From a virus: a DNA stretch of 64,000 bases. This document shows, piece by piece, positions 35,820-46,200 of this stretch. The notes under the pieces are model-generated. The model did no database searches and was not told where the DNA came from. It saw only the letters and a program-made list of their open reading frames with translations. The DNA lies in the IMG/VR virus record IMGVR_UViG_3300032240_000659, positions 32,001 through 96,000 of that record; one strand, written 5' to 3'. A program made the position numbers and the translations under genes. How positions within the stretch are numbered: position 1 is the stretch's first letter; every line of letters begins with the position of its first letter.

Positions 35820-36829
35820 AGGCTATTATAAATTGCAAGTAGTGTATTCTTGTCAAATTGTTCAGAGTCGATGTTTATAATCTGACTTGATACAATTTGA
35901 TCTACACTTTCAAATGCTTGAATATCAATATTTGTATTAATTTCAACTTCTTTGCGTTCTGTGATTAAAGTAAGTTCTCTAATATCATAATCGGCAATAA
36001 ACTTTTCTTTAATAAAACTTGCTTCTTCGTATGTAATGTCAATGTCTAGTGTAACACGTAGATGTTGCTTGGGTTTAATTAAAGTATCAGCTTCGTCAAT
36101 GAGTTGGCTTAATTTTACTGTACGGAAAGTTGGCTGAGCCGGCCAAGAATGATATTCTGGAACTCCACCCCACTCTAATATCATCATACCTCGTTCATCG
36201 TCCCACGTATCTGCATAGTTGTGAGGAAACGCATTGCCAATATAGATCATATTGCCTTTTTGCTGACGCTTGTGAAAGTGTCCGCTAAACCCAAGCTCAT
36301 ATGATTTAAAACTTTCTAAATTAATTTCTCCATGATCCGGCATTTGAACCATAGCGTTCATAAAGAAGTTAGGTAATTCAAAGTGACCAAAGATATACTT
36401 GCCGCCTTTTTTGCCTACAGTCTTCCATTCGTCGCCAACCAGCCACGGGCATAGCGTAACGTTACCAATAGTAGTAGGCTCGTGTACAACTGTAATGCCA
36501 GGAATATACTTGCCAAACTCAACAGAGTGAATATCTCGTTTATCTTTATAATATAAATCATGGTTGCCAGGAAAAAAGTAAAAATTATTGAAGGCTTTAC
36601 CCAACTTTTCCAGGGCCCTAAGGCTATAGTCCATTGTAGTGATATTAAGACTATTGCGGTTGTGATGCCAATCACCCATAAAAATTCCTGTGTCACAGCC
36701 TTCCTCCTTGGCTTTGGCAATGTACCAATCTACAAAATCTTCACAGTCTTTGTTGTGAACACTACTATTTGACTTTAAGCCAAAGTGAATGTCTGTAAAA
36801 CAGGCAACTTTTTTAAACAAATTTGTCAT
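35816..36829 (-). CDS. gp47: Recombination endonuclease nuclease subunit (gp47/SbcD/Mre11-like, 337 aa)
   Basis: Metallophosphoesterase motifs DIHFG, GDWHH, GNHD, GHFE and SGHFH. Confidence 0.95.
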   Translation of the reverse strand: MTNLFKKVACFTDIHFGLKSNSSVHNKDCEDFVDWYIAKAKEEGCDTGIFMGDWHHNRNSLNITTMDYSLRALEKLGKAFNNFYFFPGNHDLYYKDKRDIHSVEFGKYIPGITVVHEPTTIGNVTLCPWLVGDEWKTVGKKGGKYIFGHFELPNFFMNAMVQMPDHGEINLESFKSYELGFSGHFHKRQQKGNMIYIGNAFPHNYADTWDDERGMMILEWGGVPEYHSWPAQPTFRTVKLSQLIDEADTLIKPKQHLRVTLDIDITYEEASFIKEKFIADYDIRELTLITERKEVEINTNIDIQAFESVDQIVSSQIINIDSEQFDKNTLLAIYNSL

Positions 36830-37653
36830 TCTTGAGTCTCGTCAAAACGTTTCATAGCATTTGCGTGTTCACCTGCCCCGGTTCTGCTATAACTTGGATT
36901 CATACCGTTAATTTCTAAAATATCATCGCGGATATTTTGATTACGTTTTTCAATATTAATAACACGAACAAAGCTATTAGTCACAGCCGCAGTAAAATAA
37001 GCAAACGGATTGTCTGACTTGCTTTCGTCAAATTGTAAACCGATCTGTGCTAACTGTAAAATGGCTTGACCCTTCATTTCGTCATTATAAGTGTATCCGC
37101 GAACGTTACCGCGTGTAGCATATCGCTCACACAACTTAATCATCATGCGGGCTAATGTTGGTGTAATTTGTCCAGCATCTTTATCAAAGTAACCTGTTTC
37201 TAAGTCACCCTTCCAGTGCGATTTTCCAACACATACAAGTTCATCTTCTTCATTAAACTTCCAATGCTGAAATGGTGGAAAGTTAACTTTGTCTCTATGA
37301 TCTGCTAGACTTTTAGGGTTTTTCTTACGTGTATTGTTAAGTGGAATGTGATCAAATGTCATAATCCTAAACACTAAATCTGTTTTAGGAATCTTTTTGT
37401 AATCAACTTCACAATCAGCCTGTTTGACCTTTGCACCAGCGGCTTTTCTACGTTGGTAATCTTCATCACCTAGTCTTTTTGCCTGTGCTCGTTTAGCTTC
37501 TGCAATAGTTCTAATGTTAATCTTTTCTAAGTTAGGGAGAATAATGTCATATTGATGGTATTTTGGATCTGTAAAACTACAATATGTGCTTTTACTTCTG
37601 TGTATCTCCGCTAACATGTCTTTGTTATTCAAATAATTTACTTTTATTGTCAT
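36826..37653 (-). CDS. gp55: Late-transcription sigma factor, gp55-like (275 aa)
   Basis: NYLNNKDMLAEI at the N-terminus; N.RGYTYNDEM..AI......FD..KSDNPFAYFT......F.R.I..EK gp55 motifs. Adjacent to gp47/gp46 as in T4. Confidence 0.9.
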   Translation of the reverse strand: MTIKVNYLNNKDMLAEIHRSKSTYCSFTDPKYHQYDIILPNLEKINIRTIAEAKRAQAKRLGDEDYQRRKAAGAKVKQADCEVDYKKIPKTDLVFRIMTFDHIPLNNTRKKNPKSLADHRDKVNFPPFQHWKFNEEDELVCVGKSHWKGDLETGYFDKDAGQITPTLARMMIKLCERYATRGNVRGYTYNDEMKGQAILQLAQIGLQFDESKSDNPFAYFTAAVTNSFVRVINIEKRNQNIRDDILEINGMNPSYSRTGAGEHANAMKRFDETQE

Positions 37654-37675
37654 GCGAACGTTCCTATGTTGTGCT

Positions 37676-37704
37676 ATTATAAACTACGTAGTTTATAAAG
37701 TCAA
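37676..37704 (-). promoter_or_regulatory. Host sigma70-type promoter for the gp55-gp47-gp46 operon
   Basis: Minus strand TTGACT (37704-37699), 17-nt spacer, TATAAT (37681-37676). Confidence 0.85.
37677..37698. promoter_or_regulatory. Perfect 22-bp palindrome (putative operator)
   Basis: TTATAAACTAC|GTAGTTTATAA fills the spacer and overlaps the -10 box. Confidence 0.7.
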
Positions 37705-37711
37705 ATAAATA
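37705..37711 (+). promoter_or_regulatory. Putative late promoter ATAAATA for the baseplate operon
   Basis: 22 nt upstream of ATG 37734. Abuts the -35 box of the divergent sigma70 promoter. Confidence 0.6.
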
Positions 37712-37733
37712 TATTACCAAAGAGGGTATTATT

Positions 37734-38738
37734 ATGGGTTTATTTGATTCAGGCGCCGGGCTTGCTTCGTCAATTGGCGCAGCCACAAATGCAGTCGGCG
37801 CCGTTGGCGGCGCAATTAATGTTGCAAGTAATTTGGGGTCTGCCATATCAAACCTTGGTAGCGCAGAAGATTTTGGTAGCGCAATGCGTAGTTTAAATTT
37901 ACCAGCGGCCGGTGAAGCAATTGGTGATTTAATGGGCGCAGTTGCAGAGTTTGGCGGCGACGCAAATGCAAATGACTGGCGTGTCAGATTAAGTCTCCCT
38001 AAATGGACTAGTTTTAGATCTAGTCCTGTGTTACAACCTTTAAAAGATGCAGGCGGATGTGTGTTTCCGTATACTCCAACAATCACAGTTGCTAGCGGCG
38101 CAAAATATACACAAATACCAACTGTTCACACAAACTATAATTTTCAAGCGTTCCATAGTAGTGACCCAGGCTCCATAAGTTTAACAGCGCCTATGCGAGT
38201 TGAAGATCAAAATCAAGGTTTATACTGGATTGCAATGGTGCATTATTTACGTAGCTTAACTAAAATGTTTGCTGGATCTGATCCAAAGGCTGGAAATCCG
38301 CCCCCAATTGTATTTTTAAACGGTTATGGAAATTATGTTTTTAAAAATGTTCCAGTAGTGGTTACTAAAATGTCAGTTAGTCTTGTTAAAGAATGTGATT
38401 ATATTGGTGTTGATGTAGTTGGTAGCGCAATGGGTGCAGTAGAAGGTGTTACTGACTCTATTGGCGGACTAGCAGATACACTTGGCGGAGCCATACCGTC
38501 GCTAGGAGGCATTACTAGTGCAGTTAGTAGTATTGCCGGAGGTGTTGGCCAAGTAGCAGGACTTCTAGGAACATTTGGAGTAGGCGGCTCAACCAGCGGA
38601 GGCGTTAGTTATGTTCCAACAATTAGTGAGTTTTCAGTTACGCTACAACCAGTATACAGCAGAGACAGTGCTCGTAAGTTTAGTCTAGACAGATTTGTCC
38701 AAGGCGGATACCTAAATAATTCTTTTGGATATATTTAA
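37734..38738 (+). CDS. Baseplate tube-initiator/tube-cap-like protein (334 aa)
   Basis: DWRVRLS, FPYTPTI, HTNY, PPPIVFLNGYG, VPVVVT and P motifs of tube-like baseplate proteins; followed by a gp53-like gene. Confidence 0.6.
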   Translation: MGLFDSGAGLASSIGAATNAVGAVGGAINVASNLGSAISNLGSAEDFGSAMRSLNLPAAGEAIGDLMGAVAEFGGDANANDWRVRLSLPKWTSFRSSPVLQPLKDAGGCVFPYTPTITVASGAKYTQIPTVHTNYNFQAFHSSDPGSISLTAPMRVEDQNQGLYWIAMVHYLRSLTKMFAGSDPKAGNPPPIVFLNGYGNYVFKNVPVVVTKMSVSLVKECDYIGVDVVGSAMGAVEGVTDSIGGLADTLGGAIPSLGGITSAVSSIAGGVGQVAGLLGTFGVGGSTSGGVSYVPTISEFSVTLQPVYSRDSARKFSLDRFVQGGYLNNSFGYI

Positions 38739-38739
38739 T

Positions 38740-39039
38740 ATGTCAAATTATACAAATACAAGTCCGTGGTATCTTACTCAGACTAAACAAGACTATCTAG
38801 ATGTTTTAACAATTAGGCCTGTCAGTGCAGAGGTAGATGATTTTTATTATACTATTGAATCACAGTATGCATTTCGACCTGACTTATTGGCATTTGACTT
38901 GTACGGAGAAGCTAATCTTTGGTGGGTTTTTATACAACGAAATCTTAATGTTCTTCAAGATCCAATATTTGATTTTGTTCCGGGAAAAAAAATCTATATT
39001 CCAAAGAAAAGTAGTTTGTTTACGGTATTAGGATTATAA
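38740..39039 (+). CDS. gp53: Baseplate wedge protein, gp53/LysM-like (~99 aa)
   Basis: YTIESQYAFRPDLLAFDLYGEANLWWVF...DPIFDF..GKKIYIP. Likely start is ATG 38740. Confidence 0.75.
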   Translation: MSNYTNTSPWYLTQTKQDYLDVLTIRPVSAEVDDFYYTIESQYAFRPDLLAFDLYGEANLWWVFIQRNLNVLQDPIFDFVPGKKIYIPKKSSLFTVLGL

Positions 39040-39040
39040 T

Positions 39041-41251
39041 ATGGATTTGTTAAATGCAGCCACTAATGCTGTTAGTACCGTGTCTAACACATTATCAAGT
39101 TCAGGGCTGGCATCTGGATTAAGCAGTACATTTAATTCCTTAACAGGTAAACTTGGATCTATTGGTTCGTTTTTTAAACCACTAAACGGAGTTAAGTTGC
39201 CTTTGGCTAATCCTTTATTTGCTTATGCATCTTATGATTATGTTATTGGATTAGGATGTTTATCTGCTAAAGAAGTTACTAACCCAGATACAACTTATAT
39301 GGCAGGCAAGCCTGTTAATTTAATTTGCAAAAGTGCAAATGCTGATCCCCAGAACAGAGTAAAAACACCTTACGGAAAGTTTGATTTTTTTATTGATAAT
39401 GTAGAACTTAAAAGCACAATTGGTTTAGATTCTGGAAATACTACAAACATTACTGACATATCATTTTCTATAACAGAACCTTATAGTATGGGTATGTTTA
39501 TGATTTCTTTACAAACAATAGCTCAGCAATTAAAATGGGATAATTTTAAAGAAGCACCATTTGTTCTTACTTTAGAATTTAGAGGAAATAAAGAAACAGG
39601 ACAAATGGTCAATATACCCGGTACAAAAAGATTTATTGCTTTTAATTTTAATGACATAAGCATGAAAGTTACAGAAGCAGGAGCAGTTTATAATTGTACC
39701 TGTATGCCATATAACCAAGGAGCACAAACAGATCAAGTTGCTACTTTTAAAAGTGATGTATCTATTACTGGTGATACAGTACAAAGCATTTTACAAACTG
39801 GAGAAAAAAGTCTTCAGTATGTTGTTAATGAAAAATATAAAGCAACTGCTAAGGCTGCCGGCAAAGATACTATACCTGACGAAGCAATTATATTATTTCC
39901 AGAAGATACTGCATCGTCGGCATCTAGCGGATCTAGCGGATCTGAAAGTACTGGTTCTGCAACTACTACTCCGGGTGCTGCCGATACAAAAGCGTTGTTT
40001 ACAAAATTAGGTGTAACTAGAAGTACAATAAATTCTACATTAGTTCAACAAGAAATTACTGTTAATGCTATAGGCAGTGCTGATTTAGGATTCAATGATT
40101 CTAGAAAAGGTGATACACCTTTAGGCAAAGAAAATAAAGTATGGGATCCTGTAAAACAAATTTTTGTTAGATCAAATAATCCAATTGATACAAAAATGAC
40201 CGACATGAAATTTGCTCAAGATACTGATATTACTAATGCTATAAATCAGGCTATTCTTAACAGTAAATTTGTTACTGAAACATTAGATGCAAGTAATTTA
40301 ACTAAGGAAGGCTTTAGAAATTGGTGGCGTATTGATGTTCAAAAATATCCGAATGGCCCAGTTCAGAATGCAACCGGCAGAGTTCCTTACATTTATGTGT
40401 ACAGGGTAGTTCCTTACGAAGCACATGCTAGTAAACTTGCGCCACCAAATACTAAAACCCCCGGATATGCAAATTTAAAACTTCAAGCAGTTAAACACTA
40501 CAATTATATCTATACAGGAAAAAATGTTGATATTATTAGATTTGATATTACATTAAATACAGGTTTTACTGCTATCATGGCATCTGATGGTTTAGAAAAA
40601 TCTCAAGATGCAAAAACAGCCGCAGCCGATAGCACAGAACCAGAAAAACAAACAGCAGGTAATCCACTAGCACCTGGTAATTCACCTTCTACAATGCCAG
40701 GAGTTATTCCTACAACGGTATCTTATTCAGGGACTAACACTAAGTCTGATAGAAAAGGCGGCGGCGGCAAAGAAACTCCCGGCCACCGTGCGGCTCGATT
40801 ATTTATGGATGCTGTTACAAATAGTAACGAACTTGTTAATTTAAATATGGAAATTATTGGAGACCCTTATTATATTGTACAAAGTGGCATGGGCAATTAT
40901 ACTGCGCAGGCTACACAGTATAAAAATTTAAATTTAGATGGTAGTATAAATTATCAAAACGGCGAAGTAGATATTCTTGTTAATTTTAGAACACCGATTG
41001 ACATTAATCAAACAACCGGGTTATATAACTTTGGCGGATCAAGTAAAACAGCTCCTGTTATCGGATACAGCGGTCTTTATCAAATAACAAATATAACAAG
41101 CAAATTTCAATCTGGGCAGTTTAAACAAACTTTAGTAGGGCAACGCAGGCCCCAGCAGGAAAACCCAGTTGAAGCAACACCGGATCAAACATTTTCTACA
41201 GGTAATCAGAAAGTAGATCCTAAAGACCCATACGGATACGGAGACGGTTAA
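39041..41251 (+). CDS. Baseplate hub protein (gp27/late-control-D-like, 736 aa)
   Basis: Lies between gp53-like and gp5-like genes. C-terminal MEIIGDPYY...SGLYQITNITSKFQSGQFKQTL pattern. Confidence 0.6.
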   Translation: MDLLNAATNAVSTVSNTLSSSGLASGLSSTFNSLTGKLGSIGSFFKPLNGVKLPLANPLFAYASYDYVIGLGCLSAKEVTNPDTTYMAGKPVNLICKSANADPQNRVKTPYGKFDFFIDNVELKSTIGLDSGNTTNITDISFSITEPYSMGMFMISLQTIAQQLKWDNFKEAPFVLTLEFRGNKETGQMVNIPGTKRFIAFNFNDISMKVTEAGAVYNCTCMPYNQGAQTDQVATFKSDVSITGDTVQSILQTGEKSLQYVVNEKYKATAKAAGKDTIPDEAIILFPEDTASSASSGSSGSESTGSATTTPGAADTKALFTKLGVTRSTINSTLVQQEITVNAIGSADLGFNDSRKGDTPLGKENKVWDPVKQIFVRSNNPIDTKMTDMKFAQDTDITNAINQAILNSKFVTETLDASNLTKEGFRNWWRIDVQKYPNGPVQNATGRVPYIYVYRVVPYEAHASKLAPPNTKTPGYANLKLQAVKHYNYIYTGKNVDIIRFDITLNTGFTAIMASDGLEKSQDAKTAAADSTEPEKQTAGNPLAPGNSPSTMPGVIPTTVSYSGTNTKSDRKGGGGKETPGHRAARLFMDAVTNSNELVNLNMEIIGDPYYIVQSGMGNYTAQATQYKNLNLDGSINYQNGEVDILVNFRTPIDINQTTGLYNFGGSSKTAPVIGYSGLYQITNITSKFQSGQFKQTLVGQRRPQQENPVEATPDQTFSTGNQKVDPKDPYGYGDG

Positions 41252-42798
41252 TGGCAACAAATGACAGTAATTTTATATCAGCCGATAGTCCAATTAATCG
41301 GCCTGGCCCATACTTAGCTAGAGTTATTAGCCATTTAGATCCAACTTATATGGGAATGTTAGAAGTTGAGATCTTGCGTCCAGGCGGAGGCAGTAATGAA
41401 ACCGGAGCAATACATGCAGTTAGTTATATGAGTCCATTCTACGGAGTAACTAGCATTGCCCATGCTTCGGAAAATAATGATTATAACGGAACACAAAAAA
41501 GCTACGGATGGTGGGCAGTTCCTCCTGATGTGGGATCCACAGTTGTTATTATGTTTATTGACGGCAACCCTAAGTATGGATATTGGATGGGTTGTGTTGC
41601 AGATGAAAATATGAATTTTATGATTCCTGGTATTGCCGCATCTAGTCAAGTTGTTGACGAAACAAAAAGAATGCCAGTAGGTGAGTATAATAAGCGAGCA
41701 ACAGAAAGTGAATCAGTCATAGTAACGGATCCTGAAAAAACTAAAAAACCAAAGCACCCACTAGCAGCCGCTTTTGAAACCCAGGGGCTATTAGAAGACG
41801 ACATTAGAGGACTTACTACTTCAAGTGCTCGCAGAGAAACTCCTAGTATGGTGTTTGGTATTAGCACCCCCGGCCCATTAGATAAGCAACCTAACGCTCA
41901 ACGAGGCACAATTGGTAAACTAGAATACGAAATTCCAAACGCACCCGTCAGCCGCCTTGGTGGCACAACATTTGTTATGGACGACGGTGACGACAAATAC
42001 TTGCGTAAAACTCCCGCAAATGAGGGTCCGCCTGAATATGCTCAAGTTGAACAAGGAGAAACAGACGGTGATGTAACAATTCCTCATAATGAATTATTTA
42101 GAATAAGAACACGCACTGGACATCAAATTCTATTACATAACAGTGAAGATTTAATTTATATTGGCAATGCCAAAGGCACCGCTTGGATAGAATTAACAAG
42201 CGATGGTAAGATTGACATTTATGCAGAAGACAGTGTTAGTTTACATACAAAACAAGATTTAAATTTTTATGCAGACAGAGACATTAATTTTGAAGCCGGA
42301 AGAAATTTTAATTTAAAAGTTGCAAATCGTCATCAAACAGAAGTTGGTGGCAACAAAATTTTAATTGTTGATGCAAATAATATTATCAAAGTTTCTGGTA
42401 CACACGACGAAACAATCACTGGTGTTACCACAATCTCCACAGGTGCTGGACATACAATTACCGCAAGCGGAGATTTTGAAGTTAAAGCAGCCAATACTAA
42501 TATTGACGGCGGCAATATTCATTTAAATTCTGGAAAATTTGCAGGACAAGCCGCCGAAGTGCCAGACCCATTAAGCGTATTTGAAAACCCAACTGAAGAT
42601 AGTGCAACAACTGTTGAAAGTATTATGCTACGTGTTCCGAGTCACGAACCTTGGCCACACCATGAAAATTTAAACCCTACAGATTTTAAACCAGATATGA
42701 CAGATAGAGAAAGCGGTTCAACCATTGCAACGCCGCCATTGTGGAAAGAATACACTACAATAACAGATACATTCCAAAAAGTTAAAGGAGCAGATTAA
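41251..42798 (+). CDS. Central spike protein, gp5/VgrG-like (515 aa)
   Basis: OB-fold GPYLARV..HLDP..MG.L.V...SYGWWAVPPDVGSTVVIMF, RTRTGHQILLH, and a C-terminal beta-helix-like repeat region. Confidence 0.75.
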   Translation: MATNDSNFISADSPINRPGPYLARVISHLDPTYMGMLEVEILRPGGGSNETGAIHAVSYMSPFYGVTSIAHASENNDYNGTQKSYGWWAVPPDVGSTVVIMFIDGNPKYGYWMGCVADENMNFMIPGIAASSQVVDETKRMPVGEYNKRATESESVIVTDPEKTKKPKHPLAAAFETQGLLEDDIRGLTTSSARRETPSMVFGISTPGPLDKQPNAQRGTIGKLEYEIPNAPVSRLGGTTFVMDDGDDKYLRKTPANEGPPEYAQVEQGETDGDVTIPHNELFRIRTRTGHQILLHNSEDLIYIGNAKGTAWIELTSDGKIDIYAEDSVSLHTKQDLNFYADRDINFEAGRNFNLKVANRHQTEVGGNKILIVDANNIIKVSGTHDETITGVTTISTGAGHTITASGDFEVKAANTNIDGGNIHLNSGKFAGQAAEVPDPLSVFENPTEDSATTVESIMLRVPSHEPWPHHENLNPTDFKPDMTDRESGSTIATPPLWKEYTTITDTFQKVKGAD

Positions 42799-43244
42799 TG
42801 AGCTCAAATGCAAATCTATATAATAAAATTACACTACCAAGTGCCGCAAACAATAACAGAGAAGTTAGTCCTAAAATGTATAAAGGATTCAGTACAGTTA
42901 GCACTGATACTGAAAACTTTAGTCTTTATGATTTAGATTTAATTAAACAAGATTTAATAAATCATTTCTATGTTCGACAGGGCGAGCGTTTAATGAATCC
43001 CACATTTGGTACAATTATCTGGGATCTCTTGTTTGAGCCTTTGACAGAACAAATTAAAAATCTAATTTTACAAAATGTAAATCAAATTATAAATTATGAC
43101 CCTAGAATAAAAGCAGACAAAGTTACTGTTACTGCTTACGAATCTGGGGTGCAAATAGAATGTCAATTAACATATTTGCCGTATAACGTAAGTCAGAGCA
43201 TGAAATTAAAGTTTGATCAAGCTAACGGATTACTAGCACAATAA
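42798..43244 (+). CDS. gp25: Baseplate wedge subunit, gp25-like (148 aa)
   Basis: YKGFST...DLDLIKQDLINHF..RQGERLMNPTFG..IWDLLFEP...YDPRI. Confidence 0.9.
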   Translation: MSSNANLYNKITLPSAANNNREVSPKMYKGFSTVSTDTENFSLYDLDLIKQDLINHFYVRQGERLMNPTFGTIIWDLLFEPLTEQIKNLILQNVNQIINYDPRIKADKVTVTAYESGVQIECQLTYLPYNVSQSMKLKFDQANGLLAQ

Positions 43245-43266
43245 ACTTAGCAGTTAATTTTATTCA

Positions 43267-43273
43267 ATAAATA
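43267..43273 (+). promoter_or_regulatory. Putative late promoter ATAAATA
   Basis: Intergenic, 18 nt upstream of the gp6-like start. Confidence 0.55.
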
Positions 43274-43291
43274 TAGAATACAGGATAAATT

Positions 43292-46200
43292 ATGAGCGCA
43301 ATTGACAGACAAAATAGATTACTAGTTGCTGAAGACTGGAAAAAAGTATACCAATCATTCCGAAATGCGGACTTTCAAAGCTACGACTTTGAGAATCTAC
43401 GCCGTACAATGATTGATTATATCCGTCAAAATTATCCTGAAGATTTTAACGATTACATTGAGTCTAGCGAATACCTTGCCCTAATCGACCTTATTGCGTT
43501 CTTGGGCCAAAGCATAGCTTTCCGTGTTGATTTAAATGCTCGTGAAAATTTCTTAGAGCTAGCAGAGCGCCGTGAAAGCGTATTGCGACTAGCGCGATTA
43601 ATTAGCTACAATGCTAAACGTAATCTTGCAGCCAAAGGATTGTTAAAATTTACCACCGTGTCTACCACACAAACTGTTATTGATAGTAACGGAAGAAACT
43701 TAGCAGGACAAGTCATTACTTGGAACGATCCAAGTAATTCTAATTGGTATGATCAGTTTATTAAAATTGTCAATGCGGCAATGAGCACCAATCAACAGTT
43801 TGGAAACCCTAGCGATAAATCAACAGTTTACGGAATCCCAACTGCACAATATCGATTTGAAGCTTCTAATAACGATGTTCCGGTATATGCATTTACTAAG
43901 TCAATTGCCGGACGTCAAATGACATTTGAAATTACTAGTACAACTTTTAAAGATCAAAATTACATCTATGAAGAATCTCCTAAGTTAGGAAATAAAATTG
44001 CCTGCATTTACAGAGATGATGGCAGAGGTGCAGCCAGCGCAGGAACTGGATTCTTTTTTAATTTTACACAAGGCTCGTTAAATCAAGGAGTATTTACAAT
44101 TAGTCAACCAAGTACTAACGAGTCTGTTGATGTTGACAGTCAAGGTATTAATAATACTGATGTTTGGTTGTATAGACTAGATAAAAACGGCGCAGAAACA
44201 GACGAGTGGACTAAAGTTCCTAGCTTTGAAGGTAATAACGTAATTTATAATAGTTTAAATAAAAAAATTAGAAATATTTTTAATGTTCTTACTCGAGCAA
44301 ACGATGCAATTAGTTTGCAATTTAGTGATGGCACATTTGGCAATCTTCCATTAGGGACTTTTAGAACATACTATCGTATTAGCAATGGTTTATCATACAC
44401 AATTAACACAACAGATATTCGAAATGTTGCAATTAGTATACCTTATGTAACTCAGCAAGGCCAGTTAGAAACGTTATCAATTACAATGTCGTTAGCAAGT
44501 TCAGTATCTAACGCAGACACTTCAGAAACAAATACAAGCATTAAACAAAATGCTCCGCAAACATATTATACTCAAAATCGTATGATTACTGGAGAAGATT
44601 ATAATATTAGCCCATTGTCTACAAGCCAAAAAGTTTTAAAAGTAAAAGCAGTGAATAGAACTAGTAGCGGTATTAGCCGTTATTTTGATTTAATTGATCC
44701 TACTGGAAAATATAGTTCAACAAATTTATTTGCTGATGACGGATTGTTATATAAAGAAACATATACAAATTCTTTTAAATTTTCTTATGTAAGTAAAACT
44801 GATATTGAAGGTGTTATATACAACAATGTATACGAAGTTCTTAAAAAACCAGAGTTAAAGAATTTTTACTATTCAAATTTTATTAGTTATGTTACACTAA
44901 GTTTAAATGTTGTATGGTATAATAAAACTTCAGACACTACTAGTTCTAGCGGGTATATTGGATCAGTGGTGGACCCTGCAATATATAAAGTAGGTAGCGC
45001 AACATCAACAGAATTAAAATATTTTCAACCAGGTGCATTGATTAAATTTTCAGCGCCAACTGGTTATTATTTTGACACTACTAATTACAACAAGTTAGTA
45101 GCAGGAACCCCTGCTTCCTTAGGCGCTTCTTTAACTGTTTGGGCATCGGTTGTATCGGTTGAAACGGACGGTACCGCCAGCGGAACAGGTGTTACCCTAA
45201 CCGGAATGGGCCCTATTGTATTAAATCAAAATATTCCTTCTTTATGTACTATTGAGCAAATTATTCCTAAATGGAGAACAGTTATTGATAGTAGTGTTAG
45301 AACTGCAATGACAGATTTAATTTTTGCTAACAAACCATTTGGGTTAAGATATAATGCATCAACACAAGCATGGCAAATTATTTTTGAATCTAATTTAAAT
45401 GCCTACTCTCAATTTAGTTTAGGTAAACAAGGAGATTCAACAAATACACAACAAGATTCAAGCTGGATGTTGTTGTTTACAACAGACAACGAATATTACA
45501 CTGTCACTAGTAGAGAACAACGTTACGTATTTGAAAGCGATAAACAAATTAAATTTTACTTTGATAACGCTAATAAAATATACGATAGTAGATCTAACGA
45601 AGTTGTTAAAGATTCAATTAATGTATTAAGCATCAATACTAAGCCTGATAGTGTTCAAAGTTTTACATTAGATTACAAGTGGGAGATTATTTCTCCTTAT
45701 ATTGGGTTAGATGGCTATATTGACAATAAGAAAATTGTTGTTACTTTTGCAGATACTGACGACAATGGGGTAGTTGATGACCCAGAATTATTCTTAAAAA
45801 TTGTTGATCCAGCAACATCGCCGACTTCAAAATATATTGTTCAAGAAAAATATTCTATATCTTTAGGCCAAGAAGATTATAGATATATTGATAATAGTAA
45901 CAATATTGTAAAAGTAGTGTTGAATGAAACTGCAATAGGTCCAATAGGAAACTATACTAACGGGCAATATTTTTATATTGTTGATACCGACACTGTTAAA
46001 CAATTGAATAATCAAATATTAACAGTTACTTTAGATTATAAAGTATATCAGGGTAGAGACGAAATTAAATTTCAATACATCCATAATTCAAATTATGAGT
46101 CAAGAATTGACCCTAGTCTAAGTAATATCATTGATATTTTTGTTTTAACTAAAGGATATGATACTATTTTTAGACAATGGTTAGCAGGTGTTATATCTGA

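Noticed and set aside
37664-38086. 140-aa minus-strand ORF spanning the gp55 promoter
   Set aside because: Antisense to the Gly/Ala-rich start of the 334-aa gene and runs through the promoter and operator; no credible start context.
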